From positions 1,312,001-1,376,000 of the forward strand of contig CAVUDW010000003.1 in NCBI GenBank assembly GCA_963740355.1: a DNA stretch of 64,000 nucleotides, written 5' to 3'. The notes below the pieces were generated by a model, which worked only from the letters and a program-made list of their open reading frames with translations, had not been told where the DNA came from and did not search any database. Below, piece by piece: positions 12,147 through 21,113 of this stretch; within the stretch, counting starts at the first letter, position 1; every line of letters begins with the position of its first letter. A program made the position numbers and the translations under genes. This DNA is from an uncultured Gemmatimonadaceae bacterium (GTDB lineage: Bacteria > Gemmatimonadota > Gemmatimonadetes > Gemmatimonadales > Gemmatimonadaceae).

Positions 12147-12568
12147 CGACAGAGCATGACGCGGTCCACACCTACCTGATCAGTCGCGGCTGTTCGCCGC
12201 TGGTGGTGCGACGCGGCTTGAGCGGCTTGCTGGACCAGTGGTCGGGCATCGTGGCTGCAGTGGAACGCGGGCGGGATGCGTCGCTCGACGAATGGCTGAA
12301 CGACATGGACCTCCGCGACATCCTGGCCGGCGCGCTGGCCGCATCCCCGCCGCGTGACCGCCGAGCGGCCGCGATCCGTCTCGACGACGCCGACGCGCAG
12401 TTTCTCAGCGTCACCGAACCCTGCCCCTGCCTCTGGGGCGACGAGATCGCGCACAACAACAGCTGGCGGCCGGAATGGCAGTGGTGGTACTTCCGCCGCC
12501 CGAGCGTCCCCGGACCGATGCTGCGCGAAGATCTCCTCGTTCACGGGCTGCTGCGCGACGATTCCTGA
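12143..12568 (+). CDS. Hypothetical protein, candidate immunity partner
   Basis: ATGA overlap with the upstream gene, GGAGG RBS, 141 aa, Trp-rich C-terminus (WQWWYFRRP). Confidence 0.7.
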   Translation: MTTEHDAVHTYLISRGCSPLVVRRGLSGLLDQWSGIVAAVERGRDASLDEWLNDMDLRDILAGALAASPPRDRRAAAIRLDDADAQFLSVTEPCPCLWGDEIAHNNSWRPEWQWWYFRRPSVPGPMLREDLLVHGLLRDDS

Positions 12569-12586
12569 TCGGTCTCGGCGAGAACA

Positions 12587-12729
12587 GCACATCGCAGAGT
12601 CGCCGAGGGACGCAGAGAACTGCAACTGCACTGCAAGAGCAACTGCTTTGACGCAAAACAGACTCGGGGGATATGGCAGTTCGCAGTGGCAGTCGCTGTC
12701 CTCTGCGCCTCAGCGACTCTGCGATGTGC
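12587..12729. repeat. Short palindromic CGCAGAG element (family A variant)
   Basis: GCACATCGCAGAGTCGCCGAGGGACGCAGAG ... CTCTGCGCCTCAGCGACTCTGCGATGTGC, between convergent genes. Confidence 0.8.
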
Positions 12730-12740
12730 AGTGAATGCGA

Positions 12741-14486
12741 TCAGCGCGGACGAACAGGTGCCAGTGGCGGCGTCTCGGGGATGGCTTGACCGTCGTGGCG
12801 CGGTTCGCTGGCACCGAAGTGGACCCCGCCCGCGCTCATCACGGCCTGCCCCCAACCGAAGGTGCCGCTGCGGACCTTCGTCACGTTCAGCAGGTGGCCC
12901 ATCGCGGTCAGTGAATCGCGTGTGGCCACTGGCACCAGCGGTTCGATGTCGAGGTCGCAGCCAGCGAACGTCGACTTCGTGAACCGTCCAGCTTCGAGCG
13001 CTTCCTGAATCGTGAAGCCGAAGTCGGCGATGTGACTGACGAACTGCGCGTGCGCCTGCGCCTGGTTCCAGCCACCCATGATGCCGAAACCGATCGTGGT
13101 GTCGGCCTTGGTCATCATCGCCGGGATGATGGTGTGCAACGGACGCTTGTGAGCCTGCAACTCGTTCGGCGATCCGGCGGTGAGCGAAAACAGCGCACCG
13201 CGATTGTGCAGCATGAAGCCCATGCCTGTGGGCACGAGTCCTGAGCCGAACCCGGAATAGTTGCTCTGGATGAGCGAGACGATGTTGCCGTCCCGATCGA
13301 TCACGGTGAGATAGATGGTCTCGTTGCCGGTGGCACTGGAGATACCGGCGAGGGTCGTCGGCTGCACATCACAGTTGGCGCGCGTCATCTCGATCTGCCC
13401 CGCACGACGTTCGGTATTTCCCTTGTCCAGCAACTGTGCCACGGGCACCTTCGCGAACTTGGGATCACCGACGAAGCGCAGCAGATCCGCATAGGCGAGT
13501 TTCTTGGCCTCAATCATGGTGTGCATCGCACGCGTCGACGCCCACCCGTATTCGCCGAGCGGAAAGCGCTCCATGATGTTGAGCATCTCGAGCGCCGCGA
13601 TACCCTGGCTGTTGGGCGGAATCTCATACACGGTCCACCCGCGATAGGTGGTGCTGATGGGCTCGACCCATTCGGCGCGGAATTCGGCGAGATCGGCACT
13701 GGTCATGGTGCCTCCCTGCTCACGGCTGATGGCCACGATGGCCTCGGCTGTGGTCCCGGCGTAGTAGCCCTCGCGACCGCGGAGCGCGATGCGGCGGAGC
13801 GAGTTCGCAAGATCGGGATTGCGAAAGACTTCTCCCGCACGCGGCGCCCGTTCACCGTTGATGAGGTAAGTCCGCTTGCTGTTGGGATGCGCAGCCAGCA
13901 TGGCCACCGAGTTGCGCCAGTTGCCAGCGGTGATCTCGGCGATGGGCACGCCCTCGTCGGCGTAGCGGATGGCGGGTGCGAGCAGTTCGCTGAATGGCTT
14001 GGTACCAAAACGCAGCCGCAGTTCGTCCCAGCCGGCGACGACACCGGGCACGGTCACACTGTGAATGCCGCGCTGTGGCATGGCGGTATCTCCGCGCTGC
14101 TTGAGGAACGCGGGTAGTGCCGCCGGCGCCCATCCGCTGGCGTTCAACGCATGCACACGCTTGGTCTGCGCGTTGTAGACGAGCGCGAACATGTCCCCGC
14201 CAATGCCGTTGCCGGTCGGCTCGAGCAATCCCATCACGGCATTCGCGGCAATCGCGGCGTCGGCGGCGGTGCCACCGCGCTCGAGGATCTGAATCCCGGC
14301 GGCGGCCGCCAGCGGCTGACTGCTGGCCACAATCCCCCACTTGGTCGCCACGACCGACCGTCCGACCTGCGGCCGGGGCTTGGCCACTCCGGCCCCGCCG
14401 GCCCCAGGCACGCCCTGCGCCCCCAGCGAGACACCAATCAGCGCCAACAGCATCGGCGCAACACGGACGAACACTCGGCTCGGCAT
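12741..14486 (-). CDS. ggt: Gamma-glutamyltransferase
   Basis: GGTAADAAIA, GIGGDMF, SVTVPG, nucleophile ETIYL, KRPLHTIIP, GIMGGWNQAQ. Signal peptide from MPSRVFV. Confidence 0.93.
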   Translation of the reverse strand: MPSRVFVRVAPMLLALIGVSLGAQGVPGAGGAGVAKPRPQVGRSVVATKWGIVASSQPLAAAAGIQILERGGTAADAAIAANAVMGLLEPTGNGIGGDMFALVYNAQTKRVHALNASGWAPAALPAFLKQRGDTAMPQRGIHSVTVPGVVAGWDELRLRFGTKPFSELLAPAIRYADEGVPIAEITAGNWRNSVAMLAAHPNSKRTYLINGERAPRAGEVFRNPDLANSLRRIALRGREGYYAGTTAEAIVAISREQGGTMTSADLAEFRAEWVEPISTTYRGWTVYEIPPNSQGIAALEMLNIMERFPLGEYGWASTRAMHTMIEAKKLAYADLLRFVGDPKFAKVPVAQLLDKGNTERRAGQIEMTRANCDVQPTTLAGISSATGNETIYLTVIDRDGNIVSLIQSNYSGFGSGLVPTGMGFMLHNRGALFSLTAGSPNELQAHKRPLHTIIPAMMTKADTTIGFGIMGGWNQAQAHAQFVSHIADFGFTIQEALEAGRFTKSTFAGCDLDIEPLVPVATRDSLTAMGHLLNVTKVRSGTFGWGQAVMSAGGVHFGASEPRHDGQAIPETPPLAPVRPR

Positions 14487-14596
14487 AGGCAGTTCAGTTG
14501 AAGGCGGGTCGTAACTCCGGCGCTGCTGACTCCGTTGCGAAAAACGTACCTCTTGGGGGCACCGTTGCTTTGGACGCCTGCGGCGGCGGCGATTTA

Positions 14597-14998
14597 GACG
14601 CCTCTGGCGGCTTTGGTCCACACGGTCAAACCCGCGGAGCCGCGGGGGACGCGGAGGCGCGGAGGAGGGCCCGGACGCCTTTGGCGGCTCTGGTCCACAC
14701 GGTCAAACTCGCGGAGCCGCGGGGGACGCGGAGACGCGGAGGAGGGCCCCGACGCCGTTGGCGGCGGAGGGGGCCACACCGGGCGAAGGGCAAACGGCAA
14801 CAGCAACTGCGTTTTGGGGTGTCGGCCCGCATGGCAACGTTGCGGTGACTGCTAGGTGCTACGTGGAGCCGGAGGTGGCGACCGCGAGAGCAGTTCCCCT
14901 GCCGTTCATCCTCCAAGCCCAAGCAAAAGCTGGCTGCCGCGAGCGAAACCTCCGCGGCTCCGCGGTCCTCCGCGCCTCCGCGTGAGGGAGTGTGGACC
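14597..14998. repeat. CGCGGAG-type palindromic element with a 77-bp tandem duplication
   Basis: Units start at 14597 and 14674, with a partial third at 14751. The inverted arm CTCCGCGGCTCCGCGGTCCTCCGCGCCTCCGCG..GTGTGGACC lies at 14950-14998. Confidence 0.8.
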
Positions 14999-15037
14999 GC
15001 CAGGCGAAAGCGCAGCGTCGCGGCGGGTGGGCGCGGA

Positions 15038-15115
15038 GGAACGGCGCGGAGGAACGGCGCGAAGGAACGGCGCTGGGGAACGGCGCTGGGGAACGGCGCT
15101 GGGGAACGGCGCGGA
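15038..15115 (+). repeat. 13-bp tandem repeat, 6 copies (GGAACGGCGCnnn)
   Basis: Read directly from the sequence. Confidence 0.9.
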
Positions 15116-15158
15116 GGGAGGGCGCGGCGGAGGGCGTGGCGGGCTGAAACCGATCATC

Positions 15159-15189
15159 TTGCCGATCGTATAGCAAAGTGATATCACTT
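15159..15189 (+). promoter_or_regulatory. Sigma70-like promoter overlapped by a palindromic operator
   Basis: TTGCCG-N17-TATCAC. Perfect palindrome AAGTGATATCACTT at 15176-15189. Confidence 0.6.
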
Positions 15190-15218
15190 CGATGTCACTC
15201 TGACCCAGGTATTTCTCC

Positions 15219-16088
15219 ATGACACGCGAATTCGTTCGAAAGGCTGCACCCGGACTCCCCGTCCTGTTCTCCCTGCTCGCCGGCACGATCGTCGGCGGGT
15301 GGCTCATCTACTCGGGCATCGGCAACCGCGCCTTCGCGCTGGCTGCGGCCGGAGTGCTGATCATCATCGTGATGCTCTTCATGTCCGCCGGGCTGTTCAC
15401 CGTCGAGCCGAACGAGGCCAAGGTGCTCCAGCTCTTCGGCACCTACAAAGGCACCGTCAGGCAGCAGGGGCTCTTCTTCGCCAATCCCTTCTTCACCAAG
15501 AAGCGCATCACACTGCGGGCGCGAAATTTCGAGACCCAGCGCCTCAAGGTGAACGACAAGCACTCCAATCCCGTGGAGATTGCCGCCATCGTCGTGTGGC
15601 GAGTCATCGACAGCGCCGAGGCGCTGTTCGAGGTGGAGAATGTCGAGACGTACGTGATGACGCAGAGCGAGTCGGCACTGCGCGCACTGGCGACCAAGTA
15701 TCCCTACGATGCCCATGCCGAAGGTGAGTTCTCGCTGTCGGTGAATCCAGACGAAATTGCGACCGAGTTGAGCATCCAGCTCACCGAGCGTTTTGCGAAG
15801 GCCGGCGTGGAGGTCATCGAAAGTCGCGTCAGTCACCTGGCATATGCGCCCGAAATCGCGGGCGTGATGCTGCAGCGTCAGCAGGCGTCTGCCATGATTG
15901 CGGCACGCACGAAGATCGTGGAAGGTGCCGTGGGCATGGTGGACATGGCGATCAACATGATCGAGGATCGTGGCATGGCGAAACTCGATCCAGAACGTCG
16001 CGCTGCCATGATCAGCAACCTGATGGTCGTGCTCTGCGGTGAACGTGGCGCCCAGCCGATCGTGAATACCGGCACCATCTACCAGTAG
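15219..16088 (+). CDS. SPFH/band 7 domain membrane protein
   Basis: 2 TM helices, LKVNDKHSNPVEIAAIVVWRV, HLAYAPEIA..MLQRQQA, VVLC..NTGTIYQ. Confidence 0.92.
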   Translation: MTREFVRKAAPGLPVLFSLLAGTIVGGWLIYSGIGNRAFALAAAGVLIIIVMLFMSAGLFTVEPNEAKVLQLFGTYKGTVRQQGLFFANPFFTKKRITLRARNFETQRLKVNDKHSNPVEIAAIVVWRVIDSAEALFEVENVETYVMTQSESALRALATKYPYDAHAEGEFSLSVNPDEIATELSIQLTERFAKAGVEVIESRVSHLAYAPEIAGVMLQRQQASAMIAARTKIVEGAVGMVDMAINMIEDRGMAKLDPERRAAMISNLMVVLCGERGAQPIVNTGTIYQ

Positions 16089-16098
16089 GCCGCAGAGC

Positions 16099-16350
16099 GT
16101 GGCTGAGCGGAAGTCGTTTCTGTTGCGCGTGGACCCAGCGCTGCTGGAAGCAATGCAGCGCTGGGCGAACGACGATCTGCGCAGCCTCAACGCGCAGATC
16201 GAGTTCGTGTTGCGTCGCACGCTGCAGCACGAACGACGGCTTAAGCCAGGCGCGACGGCCGTCGGCGGGCAGCCTGACGCAGACGCTTCCGCCACCACGA
16301 ACACCACCACGAACACCACCACGAACGCGGACACCGACGCGCCGGGCTGA
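16099..16350 (+). CDS. Arc-like ribbon-helix-helix DNA-binding protein
   Basis: RKSFLLRVDP..WANDDLRSLNAQIEFVL. This type of gene commonly follows such SPFH genes. Confidence 0.85.
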   Translation: MAERKSFLLRVDPALLEAMQRWANDDLRSLNAQIEFVLRRTLQHERRLKPGATAVGGQPDADASATTNTTTNTTTNADTDAPG

Positions 16351-16559
16351 CCCGCTCGGAGGCAGTCTCGAGCGGGCCCCCAGCAGGTGCCTTCGGGCGA
16401 ACGAAATCTCGCCGCGAAGCAGTTCATGACATACCACGATCCGACGCCCTCGGAATCGGCGAGCGTCGGGGTTCCAAGGGGAACCCCTGCTCGCCGTTCT
16501 GGTATTCAGGTGATACCATTCCGATGGTGAGCCTGACCACGCCTGCGACGGAGCGTCCC

Positions 16560-17366
16560 ATGTCCCGATCGTCCCAGTTCCACCGGACCTCCCGCAGCGC
16601 CGCCGCGGCGCCGGTCGAAGCTCCCGCTTGGCGCCTCTGGCTGCTGATCGCCCTCGCGGCGCTCCCCCTGCCGCTTTTCGCGCAGGAGCTTGGGCAGGGG
16701 GGCAATGGCTACTTCTTCCGTCGGCCGCTGCTCAGCTTCTCGCTCCGTGGCGGCTATGATCGGCCCCGGGCAAGCAGCGATGTGTTCGATTTCGCCACCA
16801 CCCAGCTCACGCTGAACAAGGGCGATCTGGCGGCTGGTGGCTACCGCGCCGACATCGGCGTGCGCCTGGCCGAGCGGGTCGAGTTGGTGATCAGTGGCGG
16901 TCAGTCGGTACGTACGGCCGGGTCTGAGTTCCGTAAATACGTCGACAACAACGACTTGCCGATCGAGCAGACGACCAAGCTGAGTCGCGTGCCGCTGTCG
17001 CTCGGCTTTCAATACGCGCTCACCGCCCCCGGTGAAAGGATCAGCCGTTTTGCCTGGATTCCGTCCCGCATCACGCCCTGGGTCGGCGCCGGCGCCGGTG
17101 CGATGAATTACATCTTTCAGCAGAACGGCGACTTCGTCGACTTCCAGACGCTGAACGTCTTCCGACAGGAGTATCGCTCGTCGGGCTGGGCGCCGATGGG
17201 GTACGCCAACCTCGGTGCCGAGGTACGCCTGACGACACGGGTGTCGTTCACTGGCGATCTGCGGTACACCGCGTCGCGCGCCACCCTTGGTGGCACCTTC
17301 GTGGGCTTTGACAAGATCGACCTCTCTGGCACTGCTGCCACGATGGGTCTCACCGTGCGGATGTAG
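16560..17366 (+). CDS. Outer-membrane beta-barrel-like hypothetical protein
   Basis: Signal peptide ending LFA-Q, alternating beta strands (PWVGAGAG, FTGDLRY, MGLTVRM). Confidence 0.7.
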   Translation: MSRSSQFHRTSRSAAAAPVEAPAWRLWLLIALAALPLPLFAQELGQGGNGYFFRRPLLSFSLRGGYDRPRASSDVFDFATTQLTLNKGDLAAGGYRADIGVRLAERVELVISGGQSVRTAGSEFRKYVDNNDLPIEQTTKLSRVPLSLGFQYALTAPGERISRFAWIPSRITPWVGAGAGAMNYIFQQNGDFVDFQTLNVFRQEYRSSGWAPMGYANLGAEVRLTTRVSFTGDLRYTASRATLGGTFVGFDKIDLSGTAATMGLTVRM

Positions 17367-17378
17367 GAGAATCGAGCC

Positions 17379-18692
17379 ATGAATTCACGCACGTTTTTCT
17401 TTGCGGCAGCAGTAACGTCTGCACTCCTTGGCGCGACGTTGCTGAGGGCCCAGCAGGGCGCGAAGCCCGTGATGGACGAACGGTGGCGCGCCTACATCGG
17501 CTGCTGGTCATCCTATGCCGGCAACGTGAAGGGCCCGAATGTCTGCGTCGTGCCGACAGCCGATGCGAACACTGTCGAGCTGTTGGCGATCGCCGGCGAT
17601 TCGATCGTGTCCACGACCCCGGTCTCGGCATCCGGCGCACGGGTTCCACGGACCAAAGACGGTTGCACCGGCTGGGAGGAAGGCACGTGGTCGACTGACG
17701 ATCGCCGCCTCTACACTCATGCCGAATTCACCTGTGAAGGAGGCTCGCTGCAGAAGTCGAGCGCGATGTATTCCTTCTCACCACTCGGTGATTTCTCGCG
17801 CGTTGAAGGCGTGAAGACGCGGACTGCGAATGCAGTGCGCATCATCACGTTCCGTGCGTTGGGTGATGGATTGGCACTTCCCGCGGCCGTCACGCTCCGC
17901 ATGCCGACGATGAATGTGTCGCAGACATATGCCGCACGCATCGAAGTCTCGGCCGACGTGACGCCGGCCGACGTGGCCGATGCAGTGAAGAACCTCGACG
18001 CACCGCTGGTCGAAGCCTGGCTGGCCGATCGCGGGCAACCGTTCGAACTGGCCGCGAATGACCTGCGGGCACTGCGCGACGCGAAAGTCCCGGCGAGCGT
18101 AATCGACGTGATGATCGCCGTCTCGAACCCTGAGGTGTTCTCGCTGGTGCGCGGTGGTCGCGGCGCAGTCGTGGCCGAAGGGGCGCCACGTCGTGCGTCG
18201 ACGCAGTCGCAGCGTGACTTCGAGCTCCAACGTGCGATGCAGCGGGCGCGCTACGGAAGCCTGGGCGGCGATCCGCGCTATTTCTGGGTCGATGACCTGT
18301 TCTACCCGTACTTCGGCTACAACTCGCTCTACGGATACGGGTATCGCAACCAGTATCTGTATGGTGGCTGGTTGAACTCGTTCGGAAACTGCCTCGGCCG
18401 TTTCGACTGCTATTCGGGTCCGGGCTGGTACAACGGCTATGGGCCGGTTGTGATCATCCCGTCGCCGGCTCCAACGACGCCCACACGCGGTGGCAGCGTG
18501 GTGAACGGCGGCGGCTATTCACAAGGCAGCAGCAATGGTGGCGGTCGCGTTGCCCAGCCAGCCGGCAGCGTCTCGTCGGGCGGCTACAGCGGCGGCACCT
18601 CGACCAGCGTCGGCAGCGGCTCAGGCGGCAGCAGCCCCCAGCCAGCGGCCAGCGGCGGTGGTGGTCAGCGCACTGCGAAGCCGCGGCCATAG
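17379..18692 (+). CDS. Exported hypothetical protein with a Cys-containing domain, a Tyr/Gly-rich region and a Gly/Ser tail
   Basis: AGGAG RBS, signal peptide, paralogous to the next gene. Confidence 0.8.
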   Translation: MNSRTFFFAAAVTSALLGATLLRAQQGAKPVMDERWRAYIGCWSSYAGNVKGPNVCVVPTADANTVELLAIAGDSIVSTTPVSASGARVPRTKDGCTGWEEGTWSTDDRRLYTHAEFTCEGGSLQKSSAMYSFSPLGDFSRVEGVKTRTANAVRIITFRALGDGLALPAAVTLRMPTMNVSQTYAARIEVSADVTPADVADAVKNLDAPLVEAWLADRGQPFELAANDLRALRDAKVPASVIDVMIAVSNPEVFSLVRGGRGAVVAEGAPRRASTQSQRDFELQRAMQRARYGSLGGDPRYFWVDDLFYPYFGYNSLYGYGYRNQYLYGGWLNSFGNCLGRFDCYSGPGWYNGYGPVVIIPSPAPTTPTRGGSVVNGGGYSQGSSNGGGRVAQPAGSVSSGGYSGGTSTSVGSGSGGSSPQPAASGGGGQRTAKPRP

Positions 18693-18761
18693 TCGGTGTT
18701 TTGTCCTGTCCTGCTACCATTCACTCAGAAGTTTCCAACATTCTGACGCACGAGCGCGGCA

Positions 18762-19712
18762 ATGACGTCCAATCGTTACGTGATTATGCTGGCTGCACTT
18801 GCGATCGGAGCCGCCGCCGCGCCGCTCATCGCGCAACCGGCAGCAGCGACCACTGATCCAAGTCAGCCGTGGGCGCCATACCTCGGTTGCTGGTCCACTT
18901 CGTCGAGCGGCGTGATCGGCCGAATGGTGTGTGTCGTGCCAACGGAAGCACGGGCCGAGGTCGAATTCCTGACCGTGGATGGTGACTCCGTCGTCGCCCG
19001 CACTATGGTGGATGGATCGGGCATGCCGCGGGCGATCGAACGCGGCGAGTGCGTCGGATGGGAAGATGCACGCTGGTCGCAGGATCGGCGGCACCTCTTC
19101 ATGCACGCCGATTACAAGTGCACGAAGGGGAAGCCGGTCCGATCGGACGCCGTCCTCTCGATGACACGCTCTGATGCTTTCACACACGTCGAGCGCGTGA
19201 CCAGTTCGGACTCTGCCACGGCGAAGGTCGTGAACTTCATCGTGCAACTCGACACGACGCTGTTCCCGGCTGAAGTCCGGCGACGGCTGACGAGCTACCG
19301 CGCGCTCGCCAGTGTCGAAGGCGAACTCGAGGCGGCCCCGCCAGCGCTGACGCCATCCGATGTCATGGAGGCAGCAATGATGCTCGATCCGGCCGTGTTG
19401 CAGGCATGGCTCGCAGATCGTGGCGAGGCCACCGACATGACGGCCAAGGAATTGCGCGTCCTTCGTGTCGCGTCGGAGGGCGCCTTTCGCATCACTCCGA
19501 CGAATGGGCGGTGGGTCAGGTCAGAAGACTACCGCTCTGGCCGGTCAGTCTACCGGTGGCGCTCGTTGAGTTTCCAGCCGTCCTTCAGCACGGCCGCCCT
19601 CGACTGGGGCATCGAGCCATACAACGGCCGCCTCATAACGCCTGCCATGGTGAATTTCGGGGTGCCTTACGAAGGGTATCAGCGCGGCTTCACCTGGAAC
19701 GGCTGGCGTTAA
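18762..19712 (+). CDS. Exported hypothetical protein, paralog of the upstream gene
   Basis: Shared motifs YxGCWS, CVVPT, CxGWE..WSxDxRxL, AWLADRG. Confidence 0.8.
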   Translation: MTSNRYVIMLAALAIGAAAAPLIAQPAAATTDPSQPWAPYLGCWSTSSSGVIGRMVCVVPTEARAEVEFLTVDGDSVVARTMVDGSGMPRAIERGECVGWEDARWSQDRRHLFMHADYKCTKGKPVRSDAVLSMTRSDAFTHVERVTSSDSATAKVVNFIVQLDTTLFPAEVRRRLTSYRALASVEGELEAAPPALTPSDVMEAAMMLDPAVLQAWLADRGEATDMTAKELRVLRVASEGAFRITPTNGRWVRSEDYRSGRSVYRWRSLSFQPSFSTAALDWGIEPYNGRLITPAMVNFGVPYEGYQRGFTWNGWR

Positions 19713-19740
19713 GTCCGCCTGGCGCCGTCCAGCGTAGAGA

Positions 19741-19778
19741 AAGCGCCGACCGAGCCCAGCCTCGGTCGGCGCTTCTTC
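19741..19778 (+). terminator. Intrinsic terminator-like hairpin
   Basis: AAGCGCCGACCGAG-cccagc-CTCGGTCGGCGCTT followed by CTTC. Confidence 0.65.
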
Positions 19779-19882
19779 ATTGCGGCTCGCGGGTATCAGG
19801 CCCAATTGCTGCACTGTCTAGCTTGCCCTACGAAATCGAGCGCGGCTGAGCTCGTCGCCGCCTCTGTCCTCATACGAAACGA

Positions 19883-20482
19883 ATGTCGTCTTTCGGCAGC
19901 TTTCTCGAACTTGGTCTGCGCCACATCCTCACGCTCGAGGCCGCCGACCACCTGCTCTTTCTGGCGACACTGATCCTCGCGCACGAGCTCGGCAAGTGGC
20001 GGCCGCTCATGATCCTGATCACGGCGTTCACGATCGGACACTCCCTTACGCTCGCGCTCGCCACCCTGAACGTGGTGCAGGTGAACGCGAAGGCTGTCGA
20101 GGCGCTGATCCCGGCCACGATCATCGTCACCAGCCTCGTGAACCTCTGGACCTGGCGCCAGGGCCGACGCGCCAACGACCCGCCGCCCACCGACGCCGCG
20201 CGCCTCTGGCCGCGATATGTGATGGCGCTGACCTTCGGCCTCATTCACGGCCTCGGCTTCTCATCGGTTCTGCGGGGCCTGCTCGGCACCGAGGAGTCGC
20301 TGCTGATGCCGTTGCTGGCCTTCAACATCGGCATCGAACTGGCGCAGATCGTCGTGCTCGGCATGCTCGCCATCGTCGGGGCGATCCTGACCTGGCGCGT
20401 CTTCGACCGCCGCGGCTACGTCCTCACCGCCAGCGGCATCACCCTCGGCTGCGCCACCCAGATGCTCATCTCGCGGCTGTAG
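19883..20482 (+). CDS. HupE/UreJ family membrane protein
   Basis: GLRHIL..DHLLFL, TAFTIGHSLTL, FGLIHGLGF, FNIGIELAQ. Confidence 0.9.
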   Translation: MSSFGSFLELGLRHILTLEAADHLLFLATLILAHELGKWRPLMILITAFTIGHSLTLALATLNVVQVNAKAVEALIPATIIVTSLVNLWTWRQGRRANDPPPTDAARLWPRYVMALTFGLIHGLGFSSVLRGLLGTEESLLMPLLAFNIGIELAQIVVLGMLAIVGAILTWRVFDRRGYVLTASGITLGCATQMLISRL

Positions 20483-20494
20483 CCGCTTTGGAGC

Positions 20495-21015
20495 GCACCG
20501 TCGCTCTTCGCGTGCCTTCCTAACAGCAATGGGGGGGAGGCCACGGAGCTCACGGAGTGCTCCATGGGCCACCGTCGCTCTTCGCGAACCTTCCTAACTG
20601 CATTGGGGGGGGAGGCCACGGAGCTCACGGAGTGCTCGGCCTGCAGCCGTCGGCCCAGCGCGCACCAGAATTTCGAGGTAGTGGAGCAGTTCCCTCCGAG
20701 TTGGCGATGGTCGCGCATCAGCGGAGTTTGCCTCTGGAGCACTCCGTGAGCTCCGTGGCTTCCCCCCATTTGCAGTTGCGATGGTCGCGCTGCGACAGCG
20801 CCCGCGATCAGAGCACTCCGTGAGCTCCGTGGCCTCCCCCCCATTCGCTGTTCCGATGGTTGCGCAGCGACAGCTCTCGAGAAAGGAGCACGCCGTGAGC
20901 TCCGTGGCCTCCCCCCCATTTGCTGTTCCGGTGGTTGCGCAGCGACGGCGCCCGCAAATGGCGCACTCCGTGAGCTCCGTGGCCTCCGCTCCATTTGCAG
21001 TTACGATGGTCGCCC
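20495..21015. repeat. CCACGGAGCTCACGGAG repeat cluster (family B): 2 forward plus 4 inverted ~75-bp units
   Basis: Forward units start at ~20495 and ~20569. Inverted units start at 20737, 20811, 20886 and 20961. Confidence 0.88.
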
Positions 21016-21113
21016 AAGGCAGACCGCTCGCCCAGGGTGCCGGTCGGAACAAGGACGCCCCTGCTACCGTAGTTTTCGGGACGCAGGACAAACCCTCAGA
21101 CCGCTACTCCCCT

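Noticed and set aside
14487..15176. Short ORFs across the repeat block and a ggt extension
   Set aside because: Low-complexity translations of repeats with no protein motifs.
16291..16326. 12-bp tandem repeat (ACCACCACGAAC-like) in the RHH gene tail
   Set aside because: In-frame expansion in a disordered tail (TTNT repeats) with no sign of function.
20495..21015. CRISPR array
   Set aside because: The inter-repeat segments resemble each other, units occur in both orientations, and there are no cas genes.
20781..21113. Repetitive N-terminal extension of the M1 peptidase
   Set aside because: It is translated repeat DNA. The signal peptide begins at 21114.
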